From Microbotryum violaceum (taxonomy: Eukaryota), in the NCBI GenBank assembly GCA_001244265.2, contig CDLV01000006.1:1178001-1242000 (forward strand): DNA of 64,000 nt. The letters run 5' to 3'. The position numbers and the translations under genes were made by a program. How positions within the stretch are numbered: the first letter of the stretch is position 1; the number at the start of each line of letters is the position of its first letter. Below, in pieces: positions 61,943-64,000 of the stretch. The notes beneath the pieces are model-generated. The model was not told the origin of the DNA, did no database searches, and was given only the letters and a program-made list of their open reading frames with translations.

Positions 61943-62336
61943 GCCTTGTCAAGAGTCCCATCTTGATAGATGAGTGGGGTCGAAAGGCGATGCTTGCGAG
62001 GCCAGAAGCGAACCTCGGAGGCGGGCGGGCTCAGTTGGAACAGCAGCAAGCAGCTCCGTGCTTTTGGAGGACCCCCGAAAGCCCAGCCAGAGGCGCATGC
62101 GGAAAAACGCCCTTTTTTGGCCTTTTTGTCAAAGTTTTTTTTACCCCATTTTGGCTCCAAAATGTCAAAACTTCGCATGCGCCTCGGAAATATTATCAAA
62201 ATGTGTTCTACGTGCTCCAAAAATCGCTCAAAAGTCCTCGAAAACGCGTTCCGAGCGTTTGCGGGCGCGCGGCTGCCTATCGAAAGTGGCTTGCGGCGCG
62301 CGTCGCTTCGGCTGGTGTTGCGCGTGGCTCCAGGCT

Positions 62337-63730
62337 TCAAACAAGCCTTCCTTGCTTTGCTGGCTGGCTCGCTGCTTCGTTGTCAGACTTCCTTTTTGCT
62401 GAAGTTGAGCTCCTTGTTTCCGCGGTGGCATTTGTGCGACTTGTAGAGGTTCTGCCGGCGGCATCTCGCAGGCCGGGCACGCTCCGAAGGGCGGCAAACC
62501 TTTGCTCGGCATGTGCGCTCGTGCTGATTAGGCGCTCGTCCGGGTAACATGAGGTAAGGTCCGTGGTTGAACGATATGTAGTCGTTGACGGGCCTAATGA
62601 CTCGATGACCTGTCGACCATCAATCATGCGGAACGGCATAGTGCCATCAATGAGGTGTGTGGAATAGCATGTTTTCTTGATGAGGCGAAGCTCCTGTACG
62701 ACGACATTTGAGAGTAAAACCAACGAGGCGAGCGTGTCTTGGTTGCAGTGGTTTGTTGTCACTTTGCTGTAGATGTATCGCACTGTAGGACACAAGACTT
62801 GTGTCAAACGAGAACTTCACAGCTCAACTGCCATTCAAGGCATCGTACCAATTCCAATGAACAGCACTTCTTCTCCATAGGCAGTTTGATCGCAGCTGAT
62901 TGAATGCATGCCACGCTTGAGGCCAAAGCAGACCAGAGATCCGATCTCCGATGTTGTGGTAGTGGTTACAGCTCCGCCGTCAAGCGATCCAAACTGAGGA
63001 TAGCGTTGTGCTAGTGCTCCGTCTGCTTGTTTCTCCAAACATTAGATCCAGTTGCCTTCGCTCCTAAATTCAGCGACAACTCACTTGAATGCGGCCATCC
63101 TCAGTATAGACATTCTTCTGGATCCTCGTGTGTTGTGAGCGCTCGGTCCATCTGGTCACCTCTAGTCCAGCGAAAGCTCCTTGTCGTGCCCGCCATGACT
63201 TCGCAGCGAGATGGTCCCATGGACTGTACCAACCCTTTCAAGACGCATGAATGTGCTGCACTGCGTCCTTCCTCTGTATTGCTAACCCCTACGCCTGCCT
63301 CTCCGCGAGTTGGGTCGCTCGATTCCATCGGCCTCCCTTGAGTAGAACAGCTTGAGGTGGCTACACTTATGAGCAGCTTGATGGGCAATCAGGTTGGCCA
63401 GTTCAGCGAGAAATTGGTATCGCGAGACTTGAGGCGGAAGTTTCAAGTGTGTGGGCTGTGTAGAACTGAACACGCGTGAGCTTCGACCAAAATTTCGATA
63501 GTTGAGCTTGGTAGACGCACGATTGGTCGTCGTGAGAAGCTGTTTGCCTCCTCAACGGCCTCGAGTAGATGATAAGGTCGAGTAGTGGGTGAGCTCGTCT
63601 TTGGACAACTCGATGTGAAGAGACGCGTCGGCGGGAGCGACATCAAAGGCGAGGAGCTCGGCGATCATCATGTTCATATTGGTGAGCGGCAATAATCAAT
63701 CGAAGGCATCGTTCAAGGCCTGCATGGGAT
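62337..63730 (-). pseudogene. Decayed coding-like sequence of unknown origin
   Basis: Chain of minus-strand ORF fragments (63443-63646, 63282-63473, 62835-63038, 62337-62807) broken by stops and frameshifts; no domain recognised. Confidence 0.3.
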
Positions 63731-64000
63731 GATGTTGTCGTGCTATGCTCCAATCTCGGACCGACGTGAAGCGGAACGGAACCTGCGCCCCTTCAATATC
63801 TAATCGGCCTAATCCCTCACAGCCACTTAACTCAAGTGATTACGGAAGATGGCTAGTACTAAGTGACTTGTTCAAGCGCGAGCGTCGCGAAAACGCGTCT
63901 CGAAGCGAAGGCGAACGGGCCCAAAGTCATGCCGTAGGCTGCTCAGGGTAGGCCAAAATTGGGCCGACTCACGGGAAAATGTCAAAATCTAGACATGCGC

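Overview
Eukaryotic, GC-rich, intron-dense fungal genomic DNA (GT-AG introns of about 60-250 nt with CTRAC/CTGAY branch motifs). Gene content and style fit a basidiomycete of the Microbotryomycetes, possibly Microbotryum; this is an inference. About 15 protein-coding genes can be assembled by hand: Trk K+ transporter (3' part), NAT9-like GNAT, two single-pass membrane proteins, Kin1/MARK kinase, Tom70, a Ser/Pro-rich hypothetical, an Upa1-like PAM2-ankyrin-DysF-FYVE-RING protein, a PLP-dependent Cys/Met enzyme, a velvet regulator, an NTF2-like protein, a HAPSTR1/TAPR1-like protein, an RCC1-repeat+PHD protein, DGAT2 (Dga1), an alpha-arrestin-like protein and Shr3. Mobile DNA comprises an internally deleted Ty1/copia element with TSD and asymmetric LTRs, two LINE 3' fragments lying in divergent promoters, and an unclassified ~2.2 kb long-inverted-repeat structure in a decayed 20-26 kb region. 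The most notable observations are: (i) the extra tandem units in the copia 5' LTR are each shaped like a 77-nt spliceosomal intron; (ii) a splice-dependent peroxisomal SKL signal on the Cys/Met enzyme; (iii) the long-inverted-repeat element enclosing a non-transposase ORF. No rRNA, tRNA or CRISPR array is supported. Exon coordinates were read by eye and may be off by a few bases.
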